NCBI GenBank assembly: GCA_964534745.1
Contig: CAZHQW010000004.1
Span: 25,376 to 89,375 of the forward strand
From: an uncultured Bacteroidales bacterium
GTDB lineage: Bacteria > Bacteroidota > Bacteroidia > Bacteroidales > UBA10428
DNA length: 64,000 nt
Direction: 5' to 3'
In this document: piece by piece, positions 39,962 through 50,269 of the stretch
How positions within the stretch are numbered: position 1 is the stretch's first letter
Layout: each line of letters opens with the position of its first letter
Translations under genes and position numbers: made by a program
The notes under the pieces: model-generated
What the model was told of the DNA's origin: nothing
Databases searched by the model: none
Seen by the model: the letters and a program-made list of their open reading frames with translations, nothing else

Positions 39962-39969
39962 CAAAAATA
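39962..39969 (-). promoter_or_regulatory. Bacteroidota -7 promoter box for argS
   Basis: TATTTTTG on the minus strand, 31 nt before the start codon. Confidence 0.55.
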
Positions 39970-40026
39970 ATATTTGCAAAATGAAATCTAAAAGAAAAAT
40001 GATAATCTATTTAATTTATGGAAAGA

Positions 40027-40920
40027 CTAGTTGATAGAACACAAATAGCCAAGTTTGTAAAAATCAAAGAATAGCAGGCGGGGTTTATTATTCACAAGGT
40101 ACCTGTACAGTTTCTTTTCGGACTTTCTGAAGATGAATCTTAAAAACCTGTCAATACCAAGCCTCTGAAGCAGCTTAAACCAGTGAAGCAGTGTTATATC
40201 CCTTATGAACACTTTCTCATAGCCATTCTGTGCCATGATCTGTTTCAGGTTCTCCACCCCCTCTTTTGTTTTCCTTATAAACTCTTTATTTGTTTCAAGT
40301 CCCATATGGATAAGGGGATTATCGATATGACTGATAATTATATTATTTTTCTTCAGTTCATAGCCAAAAAGCGTATCCTCATGGCCATAGCTGGTAATTG
40401 TCTCGTCAAATCTTATCCTGTTGAATATTGTCCTGGAGATAAGGAAGTTATTGGTCATAAAAGACTTGTTGGGCTCCGCATTTCTTTCTTCAGCTGAAAA
40501 CTGCTCACGCTTTATCCCGTGCAACCAGCGTAAATAGTAACTGTTGTTGGCAGGTATTTCAGGTACATATGACCTGCCACCGCAAATGACAACATCGTTC
40601 CTGCAATATCCAAGGTATTTGCTGATATAATCATTGTTCTTCACCTTTGAATCACAATCCACAAAAAGCAGGTACCGGTACCTGGAGATTTCGGCAAGCT
40701 TATTCCTGATCCTCGACCGGCCAAGGTTTATCTTTTCTTCAAGATACCTGACATGCTTTAATTTTGCAACCTGCCTGTTAATTTTTTTATACTTCTCCCG
40801 GGAAGCATCATCAATGACTATGATTTCAAAATCGATTTTTGCCTGCTGTGCCTGAGAATCCAGGCTCTTTACCAGTTCAAGAACATTAAAATTGTATACC
40901 GGGATTAGTATTGAAAGCAT
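40027..40920 (-). CDS. glycosyltransferase family 2
   Basis: SILIPVYN, IDDAS, FVDCD, YGHED. Confidence 0.9.
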   Translation of the reverse strand: MLSILIPVYNFNVLELVKSLDSQAQQAKIDFEIIVIDDASREKYKKINRQVAKLKHVRYLEEKINLGRSRIRNKLAEISRYRYLLFVDCDSKVKNNDYISKYLGYCRNDVVICGGRSYVPEIPANNSYYLRWLHGIKREQFSAEERNAEPNKSFMTNNFLISRTIFNRIRFDETITSYGHEDTLFGYELKKNNIIISHIDNPLIHMGLETNKEFIRKTKEGVENLKQIMAQNGYEKVFIRDITLLHWFKLLQRLGIDRFLRFIFRKSEKKLYRYLVNNKPRLLFFDFYKLGYLCSIN

Positions 40921-41076
40921 TTGTTAAAAAGTGGGTTTGCGATTAGTCAAATGTGTTTAACGATAGAAAGTGAAATTTATTGCATAATATGTTGTGAAAA
41001 GCAAAAATATTTAGATTCCTAAACATAATTACTTCTGATTAATAATATGTAAGGGATAATTACGGATTAATAAATA

Positions 41077-41289
41077 CTATTTTTGCGGACCGTCATCTTT
41101 TACCAGTACTGTAAATATAAACAGGACAACTGCCGAGGCTGCAAAGATTATCAGCAAAGAGGACATTATCTTGCGGATAACATCTTCAAATTCAATGAAT
41201 CCCCATACTCCCAGTATAGCTATAACAGTGAAAAAAAGAACCAGTCCTATCAGGATATAGGAGACTATTTTTTTTACAGACTTATCCAT
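41077..41289 (-). CDS. small two-TM hypothetical protein
   Basis: 70 aa, two hydrophobic helices, 21 nt after the ABC ATPase. Confidence 0.7.
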   Translation of the reverse strand: MDKSVKKIVSYILIGLVLFFTVIAILGVWGFIEFEDVIRKIMSSLLIIFAASAVVLFIFTVLVKDDGPQK

Positions 41290-41310
41290 AACATTTAAAT
41301 TAGATTAGCA

Positions 41311-42330
41311 TTAACTGTTAATATTTCTAAGGTGCAAAGATAAATTATATATTGAATTACATTTAATTTCAATTCCCTTTTTCATTACAATCCATTCTGC
41401 CGTTTTATTTTTATCATTTATAAGCACACTGGTACCTTCATCAGGCTCATCACAAATTTCGTAGCCTAATCTTTCCAGGGCCCTCTGTGTCCAGTATTTT
41501 AAGGGCCCTTCTCCTTTCAGGGTGATTTTTCCGACTTTTCTTCGTGCTAACCTGAAATCGCCGCTTTCGAAGTTAAAGCTAATTCTGGAATCTTTAAAAA
41601 GGCTGTAAATATCCTTATTTATTATTAAATCCTCGGGTGCTCCCTCGGTAATTTTGTTATTATGCATAAGCCATATCTTGTCAGTCTCCTGCAAGGTTAT
41701 ATTCAGGTCGTGTGATGAGAATATTATTGTCTTTCCTTTATTAGCGGTCAGTTCATTAAGCAACCTGATAATCTCATACTTACCCGGCAGGTCGAGAAAA
41801 GCTGTGGGTTCGTCAAGTATTATAATTTCAGTATCCTGGGCCAGGGCCCTGGCTATCATTGCGCGCTGCCTCTCCCCGTCACTCACCTCGTTAATCGGTT
41901 TGCATTTCAGATCATCTATTCCTGCCAGATGAACAGCCTCATTGACAATCGTGTAATCATCATCTCCCAGTTTCCCTGTCCATCCCGTATAGGGATATCT
42001 GCCCATTGATACGAGATGAAAGACACTCATGTTGCTTACATGTATTGTCTCAGTTGAAACAAAACTTATAAGCCTGGCAAATGCATTCCTTTTATAATGC
42101 ATAATGTCCGAGCCCTTAACATGTATCTTACCACCCAGCGGTTTCTGGAGCCTGCCGATGGTTCTCAGAAGAGTACTCTTGCCCACACCGTTTTTGCCGA
42201 TGACGGCAATGCTCTCCCCTTTTCCTGCCCTGAGGCTTATACCTGAAAAAACCGGTTTACCTGCCGCTCCGGGTTCTCCGTAACCCACGCTGAGACCTTC
42301 AATAACCAATATATTATTGTTGATATCCAT
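41311..42330 (-). CDS. ABC transporter ATPase (FecE/BtuD type)
   Basis: GKNGVGKST, VSDGERQR, LDEPTAFLD, SSHD. Confidence 0.92.
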   Translation of the reverse strand: MDINNNILVIEGLSVGYGEPGAAGKPVFSGISLRAGKGESIAVIGKNGVGKSTLLRTIGRLQKPLGGKIHVKGSDIMHYKRNAFARLISFVSTETIHVSNMSVFHLVSMGRYPYTGWTGKLGDDDYTIVNEAVHLAGIDDLKCKPINEVSDGERQRAMIARALAQDTEIIILDEPTAFLDLPGKYEIIRLLNELTANKGKTIIFSSHDLNITLQETDKIWLMHNNKITEGAPEDLIINKDIYSLFKDSRISFNFESGDFRLARRKVGKITLKGEGPLKYWTQRALERLGYEICDEPDEGTSVLINDKNKTAEWIVMKKGIEIKCNSIYNLSLHLRNINS

Positions 42331-43376
42331 TACTGGCTGATGCTTGTTATTTTCTTATTCTGAAGGATTATCCATATTACTACGGGAATACCGAGCAGGG
42401 CTGTAACTGAGTTTACGGGCAGCATGGCATCAAAGCCCGGCAGGATAGAAACTATATCGCTTACCAGAAGCATTATTGCGCCTGTTATCATGGACCCGGG
42501 TATTAGCCAGTAATGGTTGGCGCATTTCATCAATATTCTTACAATATGTGGTACGGCTATCCCGACAAAGCCTATGGGTCCGCAAAATGCCGTAATGCTT
42601 CCGGCCAGTATGCTTGTTGATATAAAAAGCATAATCCGTGCAAATTTTATATTCACTCCCAGGCTCCTTGCGTATGTCTCTCCCAATAAAAGGGCATTGA
42701 GTATCTTTGAAAAGATAAATGAAAAAAAAAGTCCGGTTATTATGCAGGGGATAAGTATATTCAGCTGCTGTGCGGACAGGTTGCCCAGGCTCCCCATGGA
42801 CCACACAACAAAAGCCTTAAGCATCGACTGATGGCTGAAATACTGAATTATGCTGACTATTGCCGATGTTGCACTTCCGAACAGGATACCGAGGATAAGG
42901 ATTGTCATAATATCCTGCACTCTTGCTGACACCGCCAGTATAAGGAAGAGCACCAGTCCGGCTCCCATACATGCTGCAATTATCTGCGCCCAGTTGCCAA
43001 AATAATTTACTGACTGGCTTGTAAGATATGAAGAAAAACCCATCACCAGGAGGGCAACGCCAAGGCTGGCTCCCGCGCTTATCCCGAGAACGTATGGCCC
43101 TGCAAGCGGATTACGAAAAATGGTCTGCATCTGCAGTCCGGCTACTGACAGTGCCGCACCGGCCATCACTGCAGTCACTGCTTTGGGTATCCTGAAGTCA
43201 AAAAATATTGTTGCCCATATCTGGTTTTCACTATTGCCTGTTAGCAGCATACTGAAAATATCCCTAACCGGTATTTTAACCGGACCGGCACAAAGATCCG
43301 CAACAAACAGAATTATCAGAAGGCCTGTAAGAATAACCAGGATTAATACTATTCTGTTATTGATCCTTTTATCCAA
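42330..43376 (-). CDS. ABC transporter permease (FecCD/BtuC type)
   Basis: FR.PKA.TA..AGAAL, QTIFRNPLA.P..LG, GPIGFVG.AVPH; TTG start at 43376, 1 nt after the upstream stop. Confidence 0.92.
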   Translation of the reverse strand: MDKRINNRIVLILVILTGLLIILFVADLCAGPVKIPVRDIFSMLLTGNSENQIWATIFFDFRIPKAVTAVMAGAALSVAGLQMQTIFRNPLAGPYVLGISAGASLGVALLVMGFSSYLTSQSVNYFGNWAQIIAACMGAGLVLFLILAVSARVQDIMTILILGILFGSATSAIVSIIQYFSHQSMLKAFVVWSMGSLGNLSAQQLNILIPCIITGLFFSFIFSKILNALLLGETYARSLGVNIKFARIMLFISTSILAGSITAFCGPIGFVGIAVPHIVRILMKCANHYWLIPGSMITGAIMLLVSDIVSILPGFDAMLPVNSVTALLGIPVVIWIILQNKKITSISQ

Positions 43377-43377
43377 T

Positions 43378-43656
43378 TTAGTCTTTGCCTCCCAGCTTAT
43401 CAAGGACAGGTATTAGCTTTTCGTTGATTTCCTTTATAATATCCCTGTAATATTTTTTAGGATTAACATCCTTTTTACTCCTTATGTGGTTAATTTTATT
43501 AATGATATCACTGCTCTTATTTATGATATCCCTGAGTACCGAATTCACCTTTTCAGGCTTAATATCAGGATGAAAATGCTGGTATGTGAGGCATTCATTT
43601 ACCAGATCCTGAGTTATCTGCTTGACCTCTTTTTTGAGTCTTTTTATATTTGCCAT
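43378..43656 (-). CDS. small basic helical hypothetical protein
   Basis: 92 aa, MANIKRLKKEV...ECL; resembles a conserved Bacteroidota hypothetical family from memory. Confidence 0.7.
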   Translation of the reverse strand: MANIKRLKKEVKQITQDLVNECLTYQHFHPDIKPEKVNSVLRDIINKSSDIINKINHIRSKKDVNPKKYYRDIIKEINEKLIPVLDKLGGKD

Positions 43657-43668
43657 TTTCAGTGTTAT

Positions 43669-44814
43669 TTAGTTCATTTGCCGGTAATATTTCAGTTTAT
43701 GATCAGGTAATATTTCAGGATGCAAAATACGAATAATATCTGAAAGGATAATGTCAGGTTCAACAACACCCTTCTCAAAATAGTCATTTGCCCCGAAGCT
43801 GTTCATTATATTATTATTATTAAACACTTTGCCGTTACTTATCGGGGGCAGCTCCCTGAAGCGGGCATCGGCTTTTATGATATCACTTATGCTGTTGACT
43901 TCTCCGGTGTTTAACCAGAAGTCAGCCGTAAATGCCTTTTCAAATACCGACTCGAGGCCCAGGGGCTGGCTGTCCCTGTAATCCAGTTCACTCCACAGAT
44001 AATCGCCCCCGGCGTCCTTTATAATCCGTGCAGTATAACTCCTGCTTCCTGAAATATACCATGTTCCATGCCAGGGAAGCCCCAGCAACACTTTTGGCCT
44101 CCCGGGAACATTTGCAGCCAGTGACACAAGCCTGTTATAATTTTGAGATACTGAATCAAACCTGCTTATTGCTTTTTGCTCAGCATTATAAAATGCGGCA
44201 ATGAATTTAACCCACTCCATTTTTGCAAGCGGTGTTTCTTCAAGGTATTCTCCAACCATCACAGTTTTTATATTCAGTTCCTTAAGTTTATTTATATATG
44301 ATGCAACGGCTCCTGTCACACCATATAAAAAAACTATGTCGGGATTCAGCTCAACTATAAGCTCATAGTTCAGGCTTTCATCAAATCCGATATCTTTGAT
44401 TTGTCCCGATTCGATATGCCTGTTAATATATTCATCATTAATATAATTCTTACCTGAAATGCCGACTACAGACTCTTCCTGTCCGAGGAAGCCGATAAAA
44501 CCGATATGGGTAGTTGACAGGCATATCACACGTTTAACAGGGATCTCAATTAATTCATATCCTGCAGGGCAACCGGTATCGCCACTCATTGTAAGTGCAT
44601 ATTTAAACTCGATATTATCAGCCTGTTGCCAGGGATCTCTCACTGTCAGCAGCGTGTACCCTCCGTAGTATTTAATATCAAATCCGGTAGCATAGCTGAC
44701 AGGTACTTTTTTAATATCCGGGGAAGCAATATTGTTGTATCGGTCGGGGGCAGTTTTGTTTTTGCATCCGGAGATTACAAGGAGAAGGAGGATCAGATAG
44801 ACATTCCTGCACAT
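43669..44814 (-). CDS. ABC transporter substrate-binding lipoprotein (cobalamin/iron-complex type)
   Basis: Lipobox ISGC, RVICLSTTHIG, LNPD, EWVKF, I.HP. Confidence 0.88.
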   Translation of the reverse strand: MCRNVYLILLLLVISGCKNKTAPDRYNNIASPDIKKVPVSYATGFDIKYYGGYTLLTVRDPWQQADNIEFKYALTMSGDTGCPAGYELIEIPVKRVICLSTTHIGFIGFLGQEESVVGISGKNYINDEYINRHIESGQIKDIGFDESLNYELIVELNPDIVFLYGVTGAVASYINKLKELNIKTVMVGEYLEETPLAKMEWVKFIAAFYNAEQKAISRFDSVSQNYNRLVSLAANVPGRPKVLLGLPWHGTWYISGSRSYTARIIKDAGGDYLWSELDYRDSQPLGLESVFEKAFTADFWLNTGEVNSISDIIKADARFRELPPISNGKVFNNNNIMNSFGANDYFEKGVVEPDIILSDIIRILHPEILPDHKLKYYRQMN

Positions 44815-47800
44815 TAAAACTCAAATTCTTTGTAATACTCACCTGACCTTGGTGCAACCTGTGAGTCAAAATACTGGCCCGTAATGGGTTTCCCGTCAAC
44901 CGAGTATTCTTTTCCGCCCCAGTTTGTAAAGTGGACCATACGAAATTCGTGTGCCATGCCCTGCCTTATCACAACATATCTTTTTATCACTTGAAATTTC
45001 TCCGTATACGTCTCGAGGGTAATTCCTTCAGGGTATCTTGTCTTAAGCTCAGCCAGGTAATTATCCCTTTCATTATCATCTTTAAAATTCAATTCGGCAA
45101 GTTTGGGTTTTGAAGTTGTCCCTGCCGATGTTTGGGCATGTGCCTGGGACTGGTAGGATTTGTCTGATTTTGCCTCTTTGGCCAGCAATTCCAGTATCTC
45201 GTCAATGCGGGCTATTTTCTGCTTCGGATAGAGCTCATTTGGCTTGACATTAAGTGCCTTTTCATATGATGTTTTCGCATTTCTGTAATCTGCTGCATCA
45301 AAAGCCCTGTCCGCTTGAGCTATAAAGGACTGGTACTCCCTGTCCCTTGCAAGCTCCGCCTGCCTCATACTTTCCTGCTGTGCCATGATATCGTCTATCC
45401 TGGAAATCTGTTCTTTCGCATACGTGGCGTCGGGTTTATAATTCAAAGCCGCCGTATAGGCTGACCTGGCCTCTGTATATTTTTTCTGTGCAAACAGGTT
45501 ATCTGCCTGGCCCACAGAACTGTTATATGCATCTTCTCTTGCTTTGGCGTCGGACCTGGCCTTCAGCTGAGCCTGAAGTATCCTGTCTATTTCCCCTATC
45601 CTTTGCTTAGGGTAGATCTCGTCAGGCATAATTAACAGGGCATTATTATATTCGGCTTTTGCCTTTTCGTATTCCTCCAGCCTGAAAAATCCGTCAGCCC
45701 TGCTTATGGCCATGTTATAATTATTTTCTTTCGCCTTCCTGTCAGCAAGGGCCTGCTCCTGCTCTTTAATTATCCTGTCTATCTCTGCGATCTGCTGCTT
45801 AGGATACAGTTCTTCAGGATATATCTGCAATGCCCTGTTATATTCAAGCCTGGCATTGGCATAATCCTTTGAACTTTTCAATCCGTCAGCCCTTGCAATA
45901 GATTCATCATACTGCTTCTTTTTGGCCTGCTCCGCTGCTGCCTTTTGTTCGGCTTCAGACAAAAGGCTGTTTATTTCAGTTATCCTGTTCCTGGCAAAGA
46001 GGTCGTCGGGTTTATAGGCAAGGGCTTTCTCATATTCACCCTTTGCCAGGGCATACTGGTTGCTGGCAAAAAACCTGTTTCCTGAAATGATGGAACTTTT
46101 ATAGCCTGCCTCAGCCTCCCTTTCCTTTTCTGCCTTCTGTATTGCCATTAGCCTGTCTATCTCCTTTATTTGTGCCCTCGGGTATTGTTCGGCCGCATTT
46201 ATGTTAACTGCATCCTGGTAAGCTGCCCTGGCAGCATCAAATTCTTTCATCTGGAAGAGTCCGTCTGCCTTTGCTATGGCCGCCCTGTATTGCTCGTTCT
46301 TTGCTTTGTCCGCTTCAAGCTGCTGCCTCTGTATTTCGGCCAGCCTGTCAATTTCAGACAGCCTGTTTTTAACATAGTAATCATCAGGCTTATATGAAAG
46401 TGCCTTGTTAAACTCCTGCCTTGCCAGGTCATACTGTTTTAAGTTCATATAATTCTCCGCTGCCGCAACTGCCTCGCTATAGCCCTTGTTTATTGCCTGC
46501 TGCTTGCTTGCCTGTTCTGCAGCAATAAGGCTGTTGATCTTTTCTATTCTCTGCTTCGGGTAAACCTCCTCCGGCTTTATATTCAGGGCCCTGTTATATG
46601 CTGTCTTTGCAGCATCGTACTCCCTGAGGTTATAAAAATTATCTCCTTCGGCCAGTGCAGCCTGGTACTCCTTGTTCAGGGCATCTCTCTTGGCCTGTAT
46701 CTGGGCATCCTGCCTTTCTTTTATAAGGTTGTCTATCTCTGCGATTTTCTGCCTCGGGTATAATGCCTGCGGACTGACAACCAGGGCATTCTGGTATGCT
46801 GCCTTTGCCGCTTCATAGTTCTTTTCCTGCAATAACCTGTCGGCCTGGCCCACCTTGCTGTTATAGTCCCTTGCCTGCTCCTGCTGCTGCGTTTCTTGCT
46901 GTGCTTTCTGGGATACCAGTACGTCAATCTCCCTTATTTTGTTTTCCGGATAATAGTTGTCCGGTTTTATCTCCTGGGCCTCGGTATACAGCTGCTTTGC
47001 CAGCGCATAATTCTTTTCTGCCATGGCTGTGTTACCTCTTATTATCAGGTTGTTATACCTGGTATCTGTTTCACTTTTGGCTTGCTGCTGTGCCTCCTGC
47101 TTTGCGACCTGTGATTCAATCTCGTTTATTTTCTCCTTTGCATATGTTTCCTGGGGCTTAAGCATCATTGCCCCCTTATATTTCAGGAGGGCCTCATCGT
47201 ACCTGCCCTGGGCAGTCAGAGCATCAGCCTCGCTTATGGTATTATTATATAAATTATCTATATTCTTATCCTTATTAATCATATCAGCTATCTTGCCGAT
47301 CTGTTCTTCAGGATACTCCTCATTGGGGTATATCTCCTGTGCCTGTTCGTATTTACTTTTTGCCTCTTCATACTTTTTCTGCTCCAGCAGCTTGTCTGCC
47401 TCATCAAGTGTACTGTTGTACTTGTCTATTATGCACTGGTCAACATCCATATAAAGATTTTCAAGCCTGGGCTTAACCTTATAGACAAAGGTCTTGTCAG
47501 AGTCAAAATCTTTTCTTTTAACACTGTACTTAATAACATCCACAGGCTCATCAAGCACCGTATAATTAATCCCCTCGCAATACTTTACCAGTCCCACAGC
47601 AAATTCCCTCACCCATATGCCTGTCTCTTCGTCAGGTATCTTTGTTATAAACCTGATCCTTTTAGATACATATCCTTTTTTCGATACCTCAACGATATAA
47701 TCTTTATTCATTTCAAGCTTAAATGAAAATTGTCCGCCGGAACCTGTTTTCACTGAATTAATCTCTTTATTGTCTTCATAAAGGGTAACAATAGCGTTTG

Positions 47801-47948
47801 AAACAGGTTTCATATCCAGTTCGGCGGTCCCGTTTATCTGAAGATACCTTTCAGGACTCTGTGCATATGTATTGCCAGCCACGAACAGGTTGAGATAGAA
47901 AACTGACGCAATAATAATGCCCGTGTTCTTTATTTTATATAAGCTCAT
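44814..47948 (-). CDS. exported protein: N-terminal beta-sandwich, 12 TPR-like repeats of about 64 aa, C-terminal YP.G...WGG domain
   Basis: Signal peptide; repeat-initial Tyr at aa 177, 234, 298, 362, 428, 490, 554, 616, 680, 744, 808, 872. Confidence 0.85.
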   Translation of the reverse strand: MSLYKIKNTGIIIASVFYLNLFVAGNTYAQSPERYLQINGTAELDMKPVSNAIVTLYEDNKEINSVKTGSGGQFSFKLEMNKDYIVEVSKKGYVSKRIRFITKIPDEETGIWVREFAVGLVKYCEGINYTVLDEPVDVIKYSVKRKDFDSDKTFVYKVKPRLENLYMDVDQCIIDKYNSTLDEADKLLEQKKYEEAKSKYEQAQEIYPNEEYPEEQIGKIADMINKDKNIDNLYNNTISEADALTAQGRYDEALLKYKGAMMLKPQETYAKEKINEIESQVAKQEAQQQAKSETDTRYNNLIIRGNTAMAEKNYALAKQLYTEAQEIKPDNYYPENKIREIDVLVSQKAQQETQQQEQARDYNSKVGQADRLLQEKNYEAAKAAYQNALVVSPQALYPRQKIAEIDNLIKERQDAQIQAKRDALNKEYQAALAEGDNFYNLREYDAAKTAYNRALNIKPEEVYPKQRIEKINSLIAAEQASKQQAINKGYSEAVAAAENYMNLKQYDLARQEFNKALSYKPDDYYVKNRLSEIDRLAEIQRQQLEADKAKNEQYRAAIAKADGLFQMKEFDAARAAYQDAVNINAAEQYPRAQIKEIDRLMAIQKAEKEREAEAGYKSSIISGNRFFASNQYALAKGEYEKALAYKPDDLFARNRITEINSLLSEAEQKAAAEQAKKKQYDESIARADGLKSSKDYANARLEYNRALQIYPEELYPKQQIAEIDRIIKEQEQALADRKAKENNYNMAISRADGFFRLEEYEKAKAEYNNALLIMPDEIYPKQRIGEIDRILQAQLKARSDAKAREDAYNSSVGQADNLFAQKKYTEARSAYTAALNYKPDATYAKEQISRIDDIMAQQESMRQAELARDREYQSFIAQADRAFDAADYRNAKTSYEKALNVKPNELYPKQKIARIDEILELLAKEAKSDKSYQSQAHAQTSAGTTSKPKLAELNFKDDNERDNYLAELKTRYPEGITLETYTEKFQVIKRYVVIRQGMAHEFRMVHFTNWGGKEYSVDGKPITGQYFDSQVAPRSGEYYKEFEF
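45189..47420 (-). repeat. protein-level tandem repeat, 12 x about 64 aa
   Basis: Consensus Y...I..AD.....K.Y..AK..Y..AL..KP...YPK..I.EID.L; spacings 57-66 aa, mostly 64. Confidence 0.9.
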
Positions 47949-48023
47949 AGTTTAATTATTTTCTTCTAACTAATTTACGTAATTTCATTGTCTTATAATA
48001 GAAAATTTATATCCAAGTTAATA

Positions 48024-50183
48024 CTATCTTATCAACGGCACCTTTTCCGAATTAACAAAGCGCTTGTATAGCACCTGAACAAGATAGATACCATTCTTAA
48101 GATTGCGTATATCGTGCCTGATTATTTTATCAGCATACTTGTATGATTTAATATCAACCAGCTGTCCGCTTAATGAATAAATATTGACAATTACCTCCTC
48201 TTCAGGCCATTCATATAATTCTATTCTAACGATATTTTCTGATACCACCGGTATAATCTTAATATCACCTGCTGACAGCGTAGTATCATATTTATTTGGT
48301 GCATCAATCGAGTCAAATATCAGGGGCCGTATATCAAATGATTCCGATACGGTACCCGAAGTATAGACATACAAAGAGGTCCATTGATTATCCGCAAATA
48401 TGAAGCTGGGACCGTTTTCTTTGCTTTCACTCATGTAAAGTGCAAAAGTGTCATAGGGACTGTCGTAGCTGAGCCGGTATCCGGCATAGAAGCTGTTATA
48501 GATCCCGGCCACCGAATCAAATTCAATAAAATTCAGTTCATCCGCTACCAAATCAACCATAAGCACTTCTTTTTCAGCAATTATCCGGTTAGGTTCATCT
48601 GTACCGTTCCATACTAATATGCCGATACTTGAATTCGCGTCTGAATATTGCAGTTTTGCCACATTCAGGAACACGCCGAACAGGTACTTTTCTCCCGTAA
48701 TGTTAAACTTCTCCGCAAAAAGCTCTATTGAATCGGAGCTATGTCCTGACAAATATCCCCAGTCCGTCTCACCTTTTATAAGTACCGGCAATTCACCCGA
48801 CTTAAGATTGGATATTGTGTCTCCGCTTTGCCATAATGATTCATAGGGATCATATCCCTCAATATCCACTGCGCCGGTATTGGATGGGTCAAGCCAGAAC
48901 TTCAGCTGCCTGTTATTTCCCGGGTAGTCATCCCATGAATTATAAATTTTCTGGTAATAATCATTAATCGATAATTCACAATTGGCATCGCCTCCTGTAA
49001 GTGTTCCTATAAGTCTCCCATTATGATTAAACAGGGGGGCTCCTGATGATCCTTTTTCGGTGGTCCCTTCTTCCCAGTCAGCTATAAGCCAGTGAGTATA
49101 AAGATCATACCCCTCACCATAATCACCTGTTGTCGCCTGGTCATCATCTATGGCTATCTTTTTAACATCTCCTTTAGGATGATGGATGGAGTATGAGTTT
49201 TCAGGAGGCACATCCGAATTATTCCATCCTGCATAATAAGGCCTGTAGTTGAAGGGCGGCTCTGCCGACAGCTCGACCAGCGAAAAATCAAGATTATTGT
49301 CAGTTGTTGCCAGAAGGCTGCTCCCTGATACTGACTTTAGTGCATTTCCATCAGGTCCGTTACAATAGGGACTTTCATATCCGAAATAAAATATGGCGGT
49401 GCCTGCCACGTAGTCAGTGCTCAGGCAGTGCTGTGCCGTAAGGACAAGCGGGCGCCCGTTACTGCTGCTATTGTTAACCAGCGTTCCTGTGCATCTTTCA
49501 TTTCCAAGGTAAATAATGCGCACCACAGAATATTTGTTCTTCTGTATTTGTGCGTTTTCAACACAATTAATATCTATATTGCACAATCCCGAGGTGCCGT
49601 ACCATTCATCTTTAAGCCTTGTATCCGGTGTTATTTCTTTATATCCTATCCCTATACGCCCGATTTTCAGGTGACCCGGATTATCAACAAATGAAGGCAC
49701 CTGCATCTCGATGTACACAATATCGCCCGGCACAGGTGTTGTTGCCAGTATGCCTCCCGGCTTGTTATTCCTGCTTGTAAGCGCACCAACAACATACTGC
49801 TGGCTGCTGTCGTAAATAAAGACCTTAACTCCGCCTGCAAGTTTATATTCACTGAATATTATATTTATAGAATGCGCCACTTTGGAATAAATTCCCAGCC
49901 TCCACAGTTTTATACCATTGCCAAGGGTATCCCATACCCCGTGGCTCCTGTAATCATAGTCCGTTTCAATAACATGCGCAAATTCATCCGGTTTTAACCT
50001 TGAAGGTTTGCCCTCAATACCCTGTTCTTCCTTTCCATGTAAATTCTGCGATGTGAGATCAATAACCGGAATATCTTTATATCCCGGGTATATTAATTTA
50101 TGAGGTTTTCCGTGATATTGAATTTGGGCATTAAGACAGGTGACAAATAAAAGCAGCAAAAAGTTAAAACAAAATCTGTACAT
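48024..50183 (-). CDS. secreted trypsin-like serine protease (lysyl endopeptidase-like) with probable T9SS CTD
   Basis: CTGTLVNN, LTAQHC (His), DFSL.EL (Asp), GSSGAPLF (Ser); start ATG 50183 or 50201. Confidence 0.88.
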   Translation of the reverse strand: MYRFCFNFLLLLFVTCLNAQIQYHGKPHKLIYPGYKDIPVIDLTSQNLHGKEEQGIEGKPSRLKPDEFAHVIETDYDYRSHGVWDTLGNGIKLWRLGIYSKVAHSINIIFSEYKLAGGVKVFIYDSSQQYVVGALTSRNNKPGGILATTPVPGDIVYIEMQVPSFVDNPGHLKIGRIGIGYKEITPDTRLKDEWYGTSGLCNIDINCVENAQIQKNKYSVVRIIYLGNERCTGTLVNNSSSNGRPLVLTAQHCLSTDYVAGTAIFYFGYESPYCNGPDGNALKSVSGSSLLATTDNNLDFSLVELSAEPPFNYRPYYAGWNNSDVPPENSYSIHHPKGDVKKIAIDDDQATTGDYGEGYDLYTHWLIADWEEGTTEKGSSGAPLFNHNGRLIGTLTGGDANCELSINDYYQKIYNSWDDYPGNNRQLKFWLDPSNTGAVDIEGYDPYESLWQSGDTISNLKSGELPVLIKGETDWGYLSGHSSDSIELFAEKFNITGEKYLFGVFLNVAKLQYSDANSSIGILVWNGTDEPNRIIAEKEVLMVDLVADELNFIEFDSVAGIYNSFYAGYRLSYDSPYDTFALYMSESKENGPSFIFADNQWTSLYVYTSGTVSESFDIRPLIFDSIDAPNKYDTTLSAGDIKIIPVVSENIVRIELYEWPEEEVIVNIYSLSGQLVDIKSYKYADKIIRHDIRNLKNGIYLVQVLYKRFVNSEKVPLIR

Positions 50184-50269
50184 CAGTTTGTCAATAATCA
50201 TGTAATTTCTTATCCTGTGTAAGCAAAGATAAATCTTTATATCAGTTTTACCAGAAGATTTTATTACCG

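Noticed and set aside
44459-47454. Several 60-143 aa alternative-frame ORFs over the repeat protein and SBP
   Set aside because: They lie wholly within well-supported genes and show no motifs
47949-48023. Cobalamin riboswitch or Fur box ahead of the ABC operon
   Set aside because: The gap is only 75 nt and lacks the conserved elements, so the ABC substrate stays unassigned
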